DNA of 64,000 nt from Thermoleophilia bacterium (GTDB lineage: Bacteria > Actinomycetota > Thermoleophilia > BMS3ABIN01), in assembly GCA_014874175.1 (NCBI GenBank), contig JACWAD010000094.1, positions 3,158 to 67,157 of the forward strand, written 5' to 3'. Positions within the stretch are counted from its first letter, which is position 1. Every line of letters starts with the position of its first letter. The translations under genes were made by a program, and so were the position numbers. Positions 28,001 to 36,937 of the stretch are shown here, in pieces. Below the pieces are notes generated by a model. It ran no database searches. It worked only from the letters and a program-made list of their open reading frames with translations, and was not told the origin of the DNA.

Positions 28001-29179
28001 TTGTTGAGCTTTGACGAGTTAAGAGAGCAGCTCAAAATAACGGCTGCCCAACTGCAGGCGGCGCGGGATCAGATTTCGGAGCTGAAGCAGCAGCTGCGCG
28101 ACTACCCTGAACAACTTGAGCAGAAAGTCAAGGAAAGAACGCGGGAACTGGAGGCAATCAACCGCATCGCCGCCACGGTCAGCCGCTCACTTAATCTGGA
28201 TGAGATTTTAAAAGATTCCCTGGAGAAAGCGCTGGAATTCCTGGAACTCGGCGTTGGCGCCATTTTCCTTGTTGACGAAAGGAAGGGCGAGCTCGATTTG
28301 ATGGTGCACCGCGGCTTTTCCAATGACCTCGTTTCGCGCCTGCAGGTAAGCCCGATAGACAGCGGCTGGCCCGGGAGCGTTGCCCGGGACGGCAAGCCCC
28401 TGCTGATTGAAGACGGAGGTGGGGCTGGCCTGGAGGGCATTGCGGAGGCGCGGGCCAATAATTCGGAGTTTAAATCGTTGGTGGGAATTCCCTTGAAGTC
28501 GAAGGGCCGCGTGCGCGGGGTGCTTTGCGTCTGCAGCCCGGAAAAAAACCGCTTCACTCGTGAAGAGTTGAATGTGCTGGTGACTGTGGGGGGAGAAATC
28601 GGCGTGGCCATTGAGAATGCCTGGCTCTATGAGAAATCTTACGCTTACTCAAAAAAAATGGAAGAGCTGTCCATAACCGACAGCCTTACCGGTCTTTTTA
28701 ACCGCCGTCATTTCTACCGCCGTCTCAAAGAAGAAATCGCCCGCGCCAGGCGGCAGCACCACCCGGTGTCGCTGCTGGTGGTCGACCTCGACAACCTCAA
28801 GGATTATAACGACAGGCGCGGCCATCTGAAAGGAGACGAGGCTTTGCGCGGAGTGGCGCAGGCGATTACGGCCAGCATCAGGCAGGATGTAGACACCGGC
28901 TATCGTTACGGCGGCGATGAGTTTGCCGTCATCCTCCCGTATAGCGATGAGCGGGAGGGGGAAGTCGTGGCCGGCCGGATCCGGGAAACGTTTGCAGGGT
29001 TTGCTTTCCCGGACACCGGCCTCAGCCTGGGGCTGGCGCAGCTTGAGCCGGATGAAGAAGTGGACAGCCTGGTTTCGCGTGCCGACACGGCAATGTACGT
29101 GGCTAAGAATTCCGGCGGCAACCGCGTTTGCAGGGCCGGCAAAAAGAAGCATGGCCCTGGGCTTGATGCCGATGAGTGA
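28001..29179 (+). CDS. diguanylate cyclase with N-terminal coiled-coil and GAF domain (GAF-GGDEF)
   Basis: 392 aa (TTG start in track); RYGGDEF active site; GAF-like region upstream. Confidence 0.85.
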   Translation: MLSFDELREQLKITAAQLQAARDQISELKQQLRDYPEQLEQKVKERTRELEAINRIAATVSRSLNLDEILKDSLEKALEFLELGVGAIFLVDERKGELDLMVHRGFSNDLVSRLQVSPIDSGWPGSVARDGKPLLIEDGGGAGLEGIAEARANNSEFKSLVGIPLKSKGRVRGVLCVCSPEKNRFTREELNVLVTVGGEIGVAIENAWLYEKSYAYSKKMEELSITDSLTGLFNRRHFYRRLKEEIARARRQHHPVSLLVVDLDNLKDYNDRRGHLKGDEALRGVAQAITASIRQDVDTGYRYGGDEFAVILPYSDEREGEVVAGRIRETFAGFAFPDTGLSLGLAQLEPDEEVDSLVSRADTAMYVAKNSGGNRVCRAGKKKHGPGLDADE

Positions 29180-30626
29180 AGAAGTTTACCGGAACTTCAT
29201 CGCCGGCGAATGGGTTGATTCAGCAGCAGGAGAAACATTTTTCAACCTCAACCCTGCCGACACCGGCGACGTCATCGGGCGTTTCCAGGACTCAAACCGG
29301 GCTGACGCCGGGCATGCAATTGCCGCCGCCCGTGAAGCCGCCGCCGGCTGGCGCGCCTTAAGCGCACCGGGACGCGGGCGGCTGCTTGCCGGGGCCGCCC
29401 GCATCATCGAGCGGGACCTGGGCCTGATCGCGCAGGGGTTGACCAGGGAAGAAGGCAAGACCCTTGCGGAAGCCAAGGCGGAGACGGCAAGGGCGGTGCA
29501 GATCTTCGATTATTTTGCCGGAGAGGGCCGGCGCCTCTCCGGAGAGACGACGCCCTCGGAGTTTGGCCGCACCCTGCTTTACACCGTGCGCGAGCCTCTG
29601 GGGGTGGTTGCTCTGATAACCCCCTGGAATTTTCCCGTCGCCATCCCGGCCTGGAAGCTTGCCCCGGCGCTGGTGAGCGGCAATACCGTCGTACTGAAGC
29701 CGGCCAGCGCCGCCCCCCTGACGGCGTTAAACATTGTCAGGGCTCTCGAAGAGGCTGGCCTTCCCGCGGGAGTGTTGAATTTTATTACCGGTTCGGGGGC
29801 CGTGGTTGGCGCGGAGCTGGCCGCAAACGCTGCAGTGGCCGGGGTTTCCTTCACCGGCTCCGATACGGTGGGATCCGGCATTTACGCCTGTGTCTCGGGC
29901 CGGGGGGGCAAGGCGCAGTGCGAGATGGGTGGCAAGAACCCTGTCATTGTTCTTGAGGACGCCGATCTGGACAAGGCCGTTGACCTTTCCATCAACGGTG
30001 CCATGTGGTCAACAGGCCAGAAGTGCACGGCCACCAGCCGGGCGATTGTCCAGCAGGACGTCGCCGGCGAGTTTACAGACCGGCTTCTCAAGCGTGTTGC
30101 AACTATCAAGGTGGGCAACGGCATGGATCCGGGGACACAGGTGGGCCCGCTGATCGACAAGTCGCAGCTTGACACGGTCATCGGCTATATTGACGCCGGC
30201 AGGCAGGAAGGGGCGAAGCTGGCCGCCGGCGGCGGCAGGATAACCGCAGCGCCGCTGGACCGGGGCTTCTTTGTTGAGCCGACTGTATTTGTTGACGTCA
30301 AAGCTGACATGAGCATTGCGCAGGAGGAGATTTTTGGTCCCGTGCTTTCTGTTATTGCGGTGTCTGGTTTTGAGGAAGCCATCCAGGTTGCAAACAGCGT
30401 CAGGTTTGGCTTAAGCGCGTCCATCTGCACGCGCGACATCTCCCGGGCGATGGAGTTCGCCGACCGGATCGAGGCCGGCCTGGTGCACATCAACTCTCCC
30501 ACCGTCGGCGCCGAAGTCCAGGTTCCGTTTGGGGGCATGAAAGCCTCCAGCACCGGCACCCGCGAGCAGGGCCGGGTGGCGGTTGACTTCTACACGCAGA
30601 TCAAAACCGTCTATCTTGAGTACTGA
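29166..30626 (+). CDS. NAD(P)-dependent aldehyde dehydrogenase
   Basis: MSEEVYRNFIAGEWVDS...; catalytic Cys motif in ...TGQKCTATSR...; ...EIFGPV... motif. Start overlaps the GGDEF gene stop; the track ORF extends upstream to 28917. Confidence 0.85.
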   Translation: MPMSEEVYRNFIAGEWVDSAAGETFFNLNPADTGDVIGRFQDSNRADAGHAIAAAREAAAGWRALSAPGRGRLLAGAARIIERDLGLIAQGLTREEGKTLAEAKAETARAVQIFDYFAGEGRRLSGETTPSEFGRTLLYTVREPLGVVALITPWNFPVAIPAWKLAPALVSGNTVVLKPASAAPLTALNIVRALEEAGLPAGVLNFITGSGAVVGAELAANAAVAGVSFTGSDTVGSGIYACVSGRGGKAQCEMGGKNPVIVLEDADLDKAVDLSINGAMWSTGQKCTATSRAIVQQDVAGEFTDRLLKRVATIKVGNGMDPGTQVGPLIDKSQLDTVIGYIDAGRQEGAKLAAGGGRITAAPLDRGFFVEPTVFVDVKADMSIAQEEIFGPVLSVIAVSGFEEAIQVANSVRFGLSASICTRDISRAMEFADRIEAGLVHINSPTVGAEVQVPFGGMKASSTGTREQGRVAVDFYTQIKTVYLEY

Positions 30627-30753
30627 TATTTTCAGGTCCTCAGAACAAGCGGGGATAGCAGTCGGGAAATAACCAGAAAAAGGCGTTTCACGTTTAACGT
30701 GCTATTTGTTATTTATCATGAAACGTTAAACATGAAACGTTAAGCGGGGTTTT

Positions 30754-31689
30754 ATGAAGCTGCTACAGTTCTACCTCCCCGGGCAGGGCACGAGGCTGGG
30801 CCTGCTCTACGACGGCCTTGTCCATGATCTGACCGAAGCCGAGCCCGCTTACGATTCTTTCATGGCCCTCCTGGAGCAGGCCGGAGGCCAGGCAGCCACC
30901 CTGGAGCGTTTTGCCAGGGAGCAGGGAGCGCGCGTGCCCGGCGGCGCCACGTATGCGTGGCAGGATCTTGACCGGCTTCCTGATCCGTCACTGCCGCACC
31001 TGCTCATGCCCGTTTTTTCACCTGAGGTATGGGGATTTGGCGTGACTTACAGGCGCAGCGCCGAGGCGCGCGATGCTGATCTTGGCAATGCCGCTGCCAG
31101 CGAAGGCAGCGCCAAAATGCCAAACATATATGACCGTGTCTACAGGAGCGAGCGCCCCGAATGTTTTTTCAAGGCCACTGCTTCCCGCTGCGTGGGGCCG
31201 CACGGGCAGATTTGCATCCGCAGCGACTCCGGGCTGACTGCCTGCGAGCCGGAGCTGGCTTACGTCCTGGGCGCCAACCGGGAGATTGTCGGCTACACTG
31301 TCTGCAATGACGTATCGGCCTGGGACCTGGAGCGCGAAAACCCGCTCTACCTGCCGCAGTCCAAGATATATGCGGGTTGCTGCGCCCTGGGCCCGGTGAT
31401 CGTCACCCCCTCTGAGATCAGCGACCCGTACATGCTTGAAATTCGGTGCCGTATCAGCCGGGGCGGCGAGGTTGTTTTCGGGGATTCCACCAGCAGCAGC
31501 CACATGGGGCGCACTTTTGACAAGTTGAACGAATATCTCTACCGTGACAACCCGATACCGCTGGGCACAGTTGTCTCCACAGGCACGGGCATCATGGCGC
31601 CAAACGAATTTTGCCTTCGCGACGGAGACACAGTCGAGATCGAGATTGAGGGCATCGGCGTCCTTTCCAACCCGGTGCGGAAACTGTAA
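30754..31689 (+). CDS. fumarylacetoacetate hydrolase (FAH) family protein
   Basis: 311 aa; FAH-fold C-terminal motifs (…GTGIMAPN…GDTVEIEIEGIGVLSN). Confidence 0.8.
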   Translation: MKLLQFYLPGQGTRLGLLYDGLVHDLTEAEPAYDSFMALLEQAGGQAATLERFAREQGARVPGGATYAWQDLDRLPDPSLPHLLMPVFSPEVWGFGVTYRRSAEARDADLGNAAASEGSAKMPNIYDRVYRSERPECFFKATASRCVGPHGQICIRSDSGLTACEPELAYVLGANREIVGYTVCNDVSAWDLERENPLYLPQSKIYAGCCALGPVIVTPSEISDPYMLEIRCRISRGGEVVFGDSTSSSHMGRTFDKLNEYLYRDNPIPLGTVVSTGTGIMAPNEFCLRDGDTVEIEIEGIGVLSNPVRKL

Positions 31690-31702
31690 GAGGCTGTGAG
31701 GG

Positions 31703-31736
31703 CGCTGCCTGACCCTTCAGGCAGCGAAAAATGTTT
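31703..31736 (+). terminator. rho-independent terminator after the FAH gene
   Basis: GCGCTGCCTGA-CCCT-TCAGGCAGCG stem followed by AAAAATGTTT. Confidence 0.55.
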
Positions 31737-31818
31737 AGAAGCCGTCCATCCGGAAAATAATCTGTTATCGGCGGCGGACGCGCCGTCAGTGTTTTGCTTA
31801 ACTGAAAGGAATAACCGG

Positions 31819-32523
31819 GTGGCATCGTCAAGAATTTTGAGTTGCCTCTTTTTTCTGCCGTCATGTTTGTTGCTGGCCGCCGCGGCTGCTGGCTGCGGCC
31901 AGACGCAGCCGGCGGTGTCGACCACTGCCATCAGCTCTGTGGCCGCCGGCGGCATCTGCGGAGAGGACATTGACCACAGCGGGACGGAGTTCATAAGAAA
32001 CGGCAATTTTCACGGGGGGCTGGCCGGCTGGCAGGTAGTAACTGTAGGCCCGGGCACCAACCTCGCCCGGGCTCGAAGCGACTCAAGCTGCGGCACCGCA
32101 CTGGTGCTCACCCGGGAGGGAGCCGGCAACGTCACCGGCCTGGTCGGAGTCGAGCAGCCCGTGCGCGTGGATAAAGACGGGCTCTCAAGTCTTGAGGTGC
32201 AGCTGGTGGCGATTATCGAGCAACAGGACCTGAGGTCGGACGGCCAGCTGGGCGGGGAAACCCCTGTTTTCATCACGCTTGATTACACAACTTCAAACGG
32301 ACAGTCCAGGAGCTGGACGCACGGACTGCTTCTTTCTGGCAGCAGCATCAAGTATCCGGACCGGGACGAGGCGATTGCGCCAACCTACTGGCACACTTAC
32401 AAAAGCGGAAATTTGTTGACAATGATTCCGGATCTGGGCCAGATCCAAATGGTTACCGTTGGCGGCAACGGTCTTGATTTAAACAGCAAGATCGCACTGG
32501 TGTCATTGCTGGGAAAGCGCTGA
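31819..32523 (+). CDS. hypothetical lipoprotein
   Basis: GTG start at 31819; signal peptide + lipobox (...LLLAAAAAGCGQ). Track ORF 31696..32523. Confidence 0.45.
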   Translation: MASSRILSCLFFLPSCLLLAAAAAGCGQTQPAVSTTAISSVAAGGICGEDIDHSGTEFIRNGNFHGGLAGWQVVTVGPGTNLARARSDSSCGTALVLTREGAGNVTGLVGVEQPVRVDKDGLSSLEVQLVAIIEQQDLRSDGQLGGETPVFITLDYTTSNGQSRSWTHGLLLSGSSIKYPDRDEAIAPTYWHTYKSGNLLTMIPDLGQIQMVTVGGNGLDLNSKIALVSLLGKR

Positions 32524-32685
32524 CATCAGCAGATCCTTCTTTGTAAGCCTGTCATTCGGGGGAGCGTAGCGACGAAGAATCTCAAAACTCGAGATCCTTC
32601 GCCTTTGGCTCGTGATGACAACCACTGCTCAGGATAACAACCATTGCTCGTGATGACAGGACATGCAAGCCGGCCGGCAGGTCAA

Positions 32686-33120
32686 TCAAGCGTAAGGATA
32701 CAGCCTCCGCTTGAAATCATTTAGCTGGCTGACAAGCTTGTAGTGCTTGCGCTCATCTTCCAGCAGGTAGGAAAGCAGCTCGCGCACGACAAAGTGGCGG
32801 CTGTTTTCGAATTCCTCCGTAGCCAGTGAAATCGAGTCGCGCTCAATCCTGAGGTGATTTTCAAGCAGTGACGAGAGGCCGCCCAGCTCATCGGGCGCCA
32901 GGGTAATGGTGCCGTTTAGGGCGTCTTCTATCACCGCCAGGATCTCCTTGTGTTTGATCGAATCGGCTTTGATAACGCCGGCAATGGTCTTTACGAGCTT
33001 ATTATCCGTGGCGTCAATAAGAGCGTCGCACGACTCAATGGTCGTATCCTCTACCTGCTGCCATCTGCGGATTCCCTGCTCGAATGTGGTTTTTTCCTCG
33101 ACTATGCCTTCGATAGCCAT
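32686..33120 (-). CDS. ferritin-like four-helix-bundle protein (putative diiron, ExxH motifs)
   Basis: 144 aa; motifs ...SIKHKEIL... and ...EDERKHYKL... Confidence 0.45.
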   Translation of the reverse strand: MAIEGIVEEKTTFEQGIRRWQQVEDTTIESCDALIDATDNKLVKTIAGVIKADSIKHKEILAVIEDALNGTITLAPDELGGLSSLLENHLRIERDSISLATEEFENSRHFVVRELLSYLLEDERKHYKLVSQLNDFKRRLYPYA

Positions 33121-33158
33121 CTTGACCTCCCTCGGCTGTTTGCGCCTCTTCTCTGTTT

Positions 33159-33545
33159 TTAGAAATACCGTTTCAGCAAGTTGCGCAGCATCGCCGCGTG
33201 CCTGGCTTCATCATGAGCGGCCGTGTGCAGGTTGGAAGCAACCTGTTTCTGGCCGGCTGCCTCCGCTGTTTTCACGCCTTCATGCTTGCCCTCGTAAGCC
33301 TGCTCCTCGCCCGACAGCATCTTTTCAATTTCTTCCTTCAGGTCGCCGATGTTCCCTGCCAGGTACTTAAAACGGGAACCGTGCATGGCCTCATCCATGG
33401 CGATACTACGCAAAGTCTGCGCCACTTCAGTCATGCCTTCGTTGTCTGCTTTCAGGGCCATTGCCAGGTAATGGACCACCTCCCAGGTCTCGCCCTTGAT
33501 CTCGTTGCTGACGCATTCCTCAACCGTGGCTGTTTGCTCTGCCAT
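33159..33545 (-). CDS. rubrerythrin-like ferritin-domain protein (no rubredoxin domain)
   Basis: 128 aa; two ExxH motifs (DEAMHGSRF, DEARHAAML). Confidence 0.6.
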   Translation of the reverse strand: MAEQTATVEECVSNEIKGETWEVVHYLAMALKADNEGMTEVAQTLRSIAMDEAMHGSRFKYLAGNIGDLKEEIEKMLSGEEQAYEGKHEGVKTAEAAGQKQVASNLHTAAHDEARHAAMLRNLLKRYF

Positions 33546-33642
33546 TATTTGCTCCTTTCGATTTTAAAAGGGGATGTTGATGAATTACCCGGCTAAAAGG
33601 GGATTAAAACGTCGCCAGTATTATGGCCACGTGGCTTTTTCG

Positions 33643-34932
33643 TTACCCGGGTTCATCTTCCGTGAGGGATTCAGCTTCCGGCAGGCCAATAACCTCAGCG
33701 GCAGACTGTTCCGGCAACTGCTCTACGTCTTTCAGTTTTCGCTGCATCACACGAGTGCGTGTTTCTGTTTGATCTATTGTGTTTTCTGCGGATTTGAGCT
33801 GCTTTTTGACTTTTGACAGGATAGTGGCGAATTTATCAAACTCGGTTTTTACAGCAGCCAAAATTTGCCATACTTCGCTTGACCGCTTCTCAATTGCCAG
33901 GGTTCTGAACCCGGTTCTCAGACTTGTTAATATCGCCGAGAGGGTTGTTGGCCCGGCGATTACGATCCGGTAATTGTGCTGAACCCTTTCCGTGCACCCG
34001 GGATTTCGGAGCACCTCGGCATACAGGCCCTCGGTGGGAAGAAACATTATGGCGAAATCGGTTGTCGCGGGCGGATTGACATACTTGTCGCGGATATCCC
34101 TGGCGGAGTTTTCAACTGCCCTGATCAATGCTTCGTGAGCTTTCTTGACTGCCTCGGCGTCTGCGGCATCCGAGGCTTCTACAAGGCGGAGATAATCTTC
34201 CTGGGGAAACTTTGCATCTATGGGCAGCCAGATGTGCGAGCCGTCACCATCATTGGACCCGGGCAGCTTGATGGCGAACTCGACCATTTCCGATGAGCTT
34301 TCATTCGTCTTGACATTGCGGGCGTACTGGTCCGGCGTCATAAGCTGTTCAAGAATGGCACCGAGCTGTACCTCGCCCCATGTGCCGCGTGTCTTAACAT
34401 TAGTCAAAACGCGTTTGAGGTCGCCGACTCCCGTTGCCAGGCTCTGCATCTCGCCCAGGCCGCGCTGGACTGCTTCCAGATGCTCGCTAACCTGTTTGAA
34501 TGATTCGCCAAGCCTTTTTTCGAGTGTGCTATGGAGTTTTTCGTCAACTGTTGCCCGCATCTGCTCGAGTTTTTTTTCATTGTTTTCATGCAGTTGCCGC
34601 AACTGGTTGTCAATGGTGGACCGCAAGGCTTCGAGCTTTGACTCATTCGATTTTGTCAGCTCCATGATCTGGACCGCCGCCCCGGAAAGGCTTTCCTTTT
34701 GCGCGGCCGCCATCGCCTCCATGGTTTTGATTGTGATTTCAGACGAAGTTTTCTGACCGGCTGAAACTTCCTCTCTCAAATCACGAGCATTTTTGGCGGC
34801 TTCTTCTCTTCCCAGCCTCATTTCCTCGCTGAGAAGATGATCGATCTGCCGGCCGGCTGACTCCTTCCGAATCATCACAAATAGAGCAGCGAGCAACAAA
34901 AGCAGGCAGGCGGCAAGTAAAGTTATGGCCAT
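33643..34932 (-). CDS. rmuC: DNA recombination protein RmuC
   Basis: 429 aa; N-terminal TM + long coiled coil; C-terminal RmuC nuclease-like domain (GTWGEVQLG...). Confidence 0.85.
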   Translation of the reverse strand: MAITLLAACLLLLLAALFVMIRKESAGRQIDHLLSEEMRLGREEAAKNARDLREEVSAGQKTSSEITIKTMEAMAAAQKESLSGAAVQIMELTKSNESKLEALRSTIDNQLRQLHENNEKKLEQMRATVDEKLHSTLEKRLGESFKQVSEHLEAVQRGLGEMQSLATGVGDLKRVLTNVKTRGTWGEVQLGAILEQLMTPDQYARNVKTNESSSEMVEFAIKLPGSNDGDGSHIWLPIDAKFPQEDYLRLVEASDAADAEAVKKAHEALIRAVENSARDIRDKYVNPPATTDFAIMFLPTEGLYAEVLRNPGCTERVQHNYRIVIAGPTTLSAILTSLRTGFRTLAIEKRSSEVWQILAAVKTEFDKFATILSKVKKQLKSAENTIDQTETRTRVMQRKLKDVEQLPEQSAAEVIGLPEAESLTEDEPG

Positions 34933-35467
34933 CGGTTATTCCTTGTGGGCTCTGCGTCAGGATGAGCCTATCACACCGGGCGGATGGAACAAGGGGGAAT
35001 TGATCATGCGGAAAGCAAGGCAACGCTTGTTCACGCGTGGCGGCGCTTAAGAACGGCTTCCAGGCCAAAAAAAAGGAAAACTTCGGGCCTTATGAGCGGG
35101 TGAGGGTAGGACCTGAGGCGGCGGCGCTGACCGCGTGCGATCTAAGCTGCCAGAGGCGCCGCATGTAATCTTCCGCCGGAGCGCCGGACAGCCAGAGGTG
35201 TTTTCCGGTGACGGATGCCAGGCAGCGGCCCGTCGCTTCGAAATTGGCAATAGTGCCGCAACTCTTGCATACGTGGAGGTCCATAATTCCCTTTCGGGGA
35301 GATTGGATGCCCCTATACTGCCACGATTTGAGTAATCTCAAACTTGCCGAGACGGCTAAAGCTTATCATTGTCACAGATAGGATTGCAAGTTAAAGAGGA
35401 GATATCTGATAATGTTAATAGAATTATGACGGAGCAAGGGACCCGGCGGGATATTCCTTCAGGCTGC

Positions 35468-36937
35468 TTAGCTGCCGATGATCTTTGCCACCGCGTCCTG
35501 GGCGGCGTTCAGGATTGGCGCCGGCAGCACGCCCAGGATGATCACCGCCGCCGTGGCCAGGCCCAGCCCCAGGCTGAGGTCCCAGGAGCGCCCGTCTGCC
35601 GGCTCCATGGCGGTCGCAACTTCATCGGAAGGCTCGCGCATGTACATATAGACGATCACCCGCAGGTAATAGAAGGCCGAGACGACGCTGAAGAGGACGC
35701 CGATCACGGCCAGCCAGGCGTATCCGGCGTCGACGACGCTGGCAAACAGGTAGAATTTTGCCAGGAAGCCGGCGGTGGGAGGGATGCCGGCCAGGGAAAA
35801 CATCAGCACGGCCATGACGCCGGCGGCGCCGGGGAAGCGGCGCGCCAGGCCTGCCATCTCGCCCAGGCTGTCGTTAAATCTGGCTGAGTTGGCGAGGAAA
35901 ACAAGCACGCCGAAGGCGCCCATGTTCATGGCGGCGTAGGCAGCCAGGTAGAAGAGGATGGCGGAGGAGCCAAAGCTGCTATGGCTCTGGCCGGCGGCGA
36001 TCATGGCCAGGAGAAGGTAGCCGACATGGGCAATGCTGGAGAAGGCCAGCATCCGCTTCAGATCGCGCTGCAAAAGCGCCATGGTGGCGCCAATCAGCAT
36101 GGTGGCGATGGCGATCGCGATCATCAGCGGCACCCAGCGGGCCTGCTCGCTGCCCAGCATTATTGTGAAAAACTTGATAATGGCGGCAAAAGCGGCGATT
36201 TTGGGGCCAACCGACAGGAACGCCGCCGCCGGGGTAGGGGCGCCCTGGTAGACGTCCGGCGCCCAGCCGTGGAAAGGGGCTGCCGCCACCTTGAAAGCGA
36301 AGCCGCCCAAAAGCAGTACGATGGCGATCACGAGCACGTGGCCGTCCAGTGATCCGGAACTGACAGCGGCGCTGATCTGTTGATAATTTGTGCTGCCGCT
36401 GAGGCCGTAAAGCAGCGCCATGCCAAAGAGCAGGATCGCCGAGGCAAACGAGCCGGTGAGGAAGTATTTCAGCGACGCCTCGATGCTGCGCTCGCGCCCG
36501 CGGAAGAAGCCGGCCAGCAGGTAGCTGCAGATGGCCATCAGCTCCAGGCCGACAAAGAAGGTGGCAAGATCAATGGCCGAGGCCATCACCATCATGCCGA
36601 CTGTCGCCAGCAGGATGAGGGCGTAGTAGTCGCCCAGCAGGCGCCCGCTCAAGGCCAGGTGTTTTTCCGAGAGCAGCATTGCCAGCACAGCCACCGCCAG
36701 CAGGAGAATCTTGAAGAAAACGGTAAACCTGTCCAGGGCGATGCCGTTCGAGAACGTGGAGAACTGCTCAGAGCGCGCCAGCCATACCGACGCAGCCGCC
36801 GGCAGGCAGGCCATGATTCCCAGCCAGCTTAATCCCCGCCGCCCTTCCGGCGGCAGAAACGGGTCGATTAAAAGCAGCACCAGCGCCGCCGCAACCAGCA
36901 TCAACTCCGGTACTATGGCGACGACGGCATGCTGCAT
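35468..36937 (-). CDS. nuoN: NADH-quinone oxidoreductase subunit N
   Basis: 489 aa polytopic antiporter-like subunit; last gene of the nuo operon. Confidence 0.9.
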   Translation of the reverse strand: MQHAVVAIVPELMLVAAALVLLLIDPFLPPEGRRGLSWLGIMACLPAAASVWLARSEQFSTFSNGIALDRFTVFFKILLLAVAVLAMLLSEKHLALSGRLLGDYYALILLATVGMMVMASAIDLATFFVGLELMAICSYLLAGFFRGRERSIEASLKYFLTGSFASAILLFGMALLYGLSGSTNYQQISAAVSSGSLDGHVLVIAIVLLLGGFAFKVAAAPFHGWAPDVYQGAPTPAAAFLSVGPKIAAFAAIIKFFTIMLGSEQARWVPLMIAIAIATMLIGATMALLQRDLKRMLAFSSIAHVGYLLLAMIAAGQSHSSFGSSAILFYLAAYAAMNMGAFGVLVFLANSARFNDSLGEMAGLARRFPGAAGVMAVLMFSLAGIPPTAGFLAKFYLFASVVDAGYAWLAVIGVLFSVVSAFYYLRVIVYMYMREPSDEVATAMEPADGRSWDLSLGLGLATAAVIILGVLPAPILNAAQDAVAKIIGS

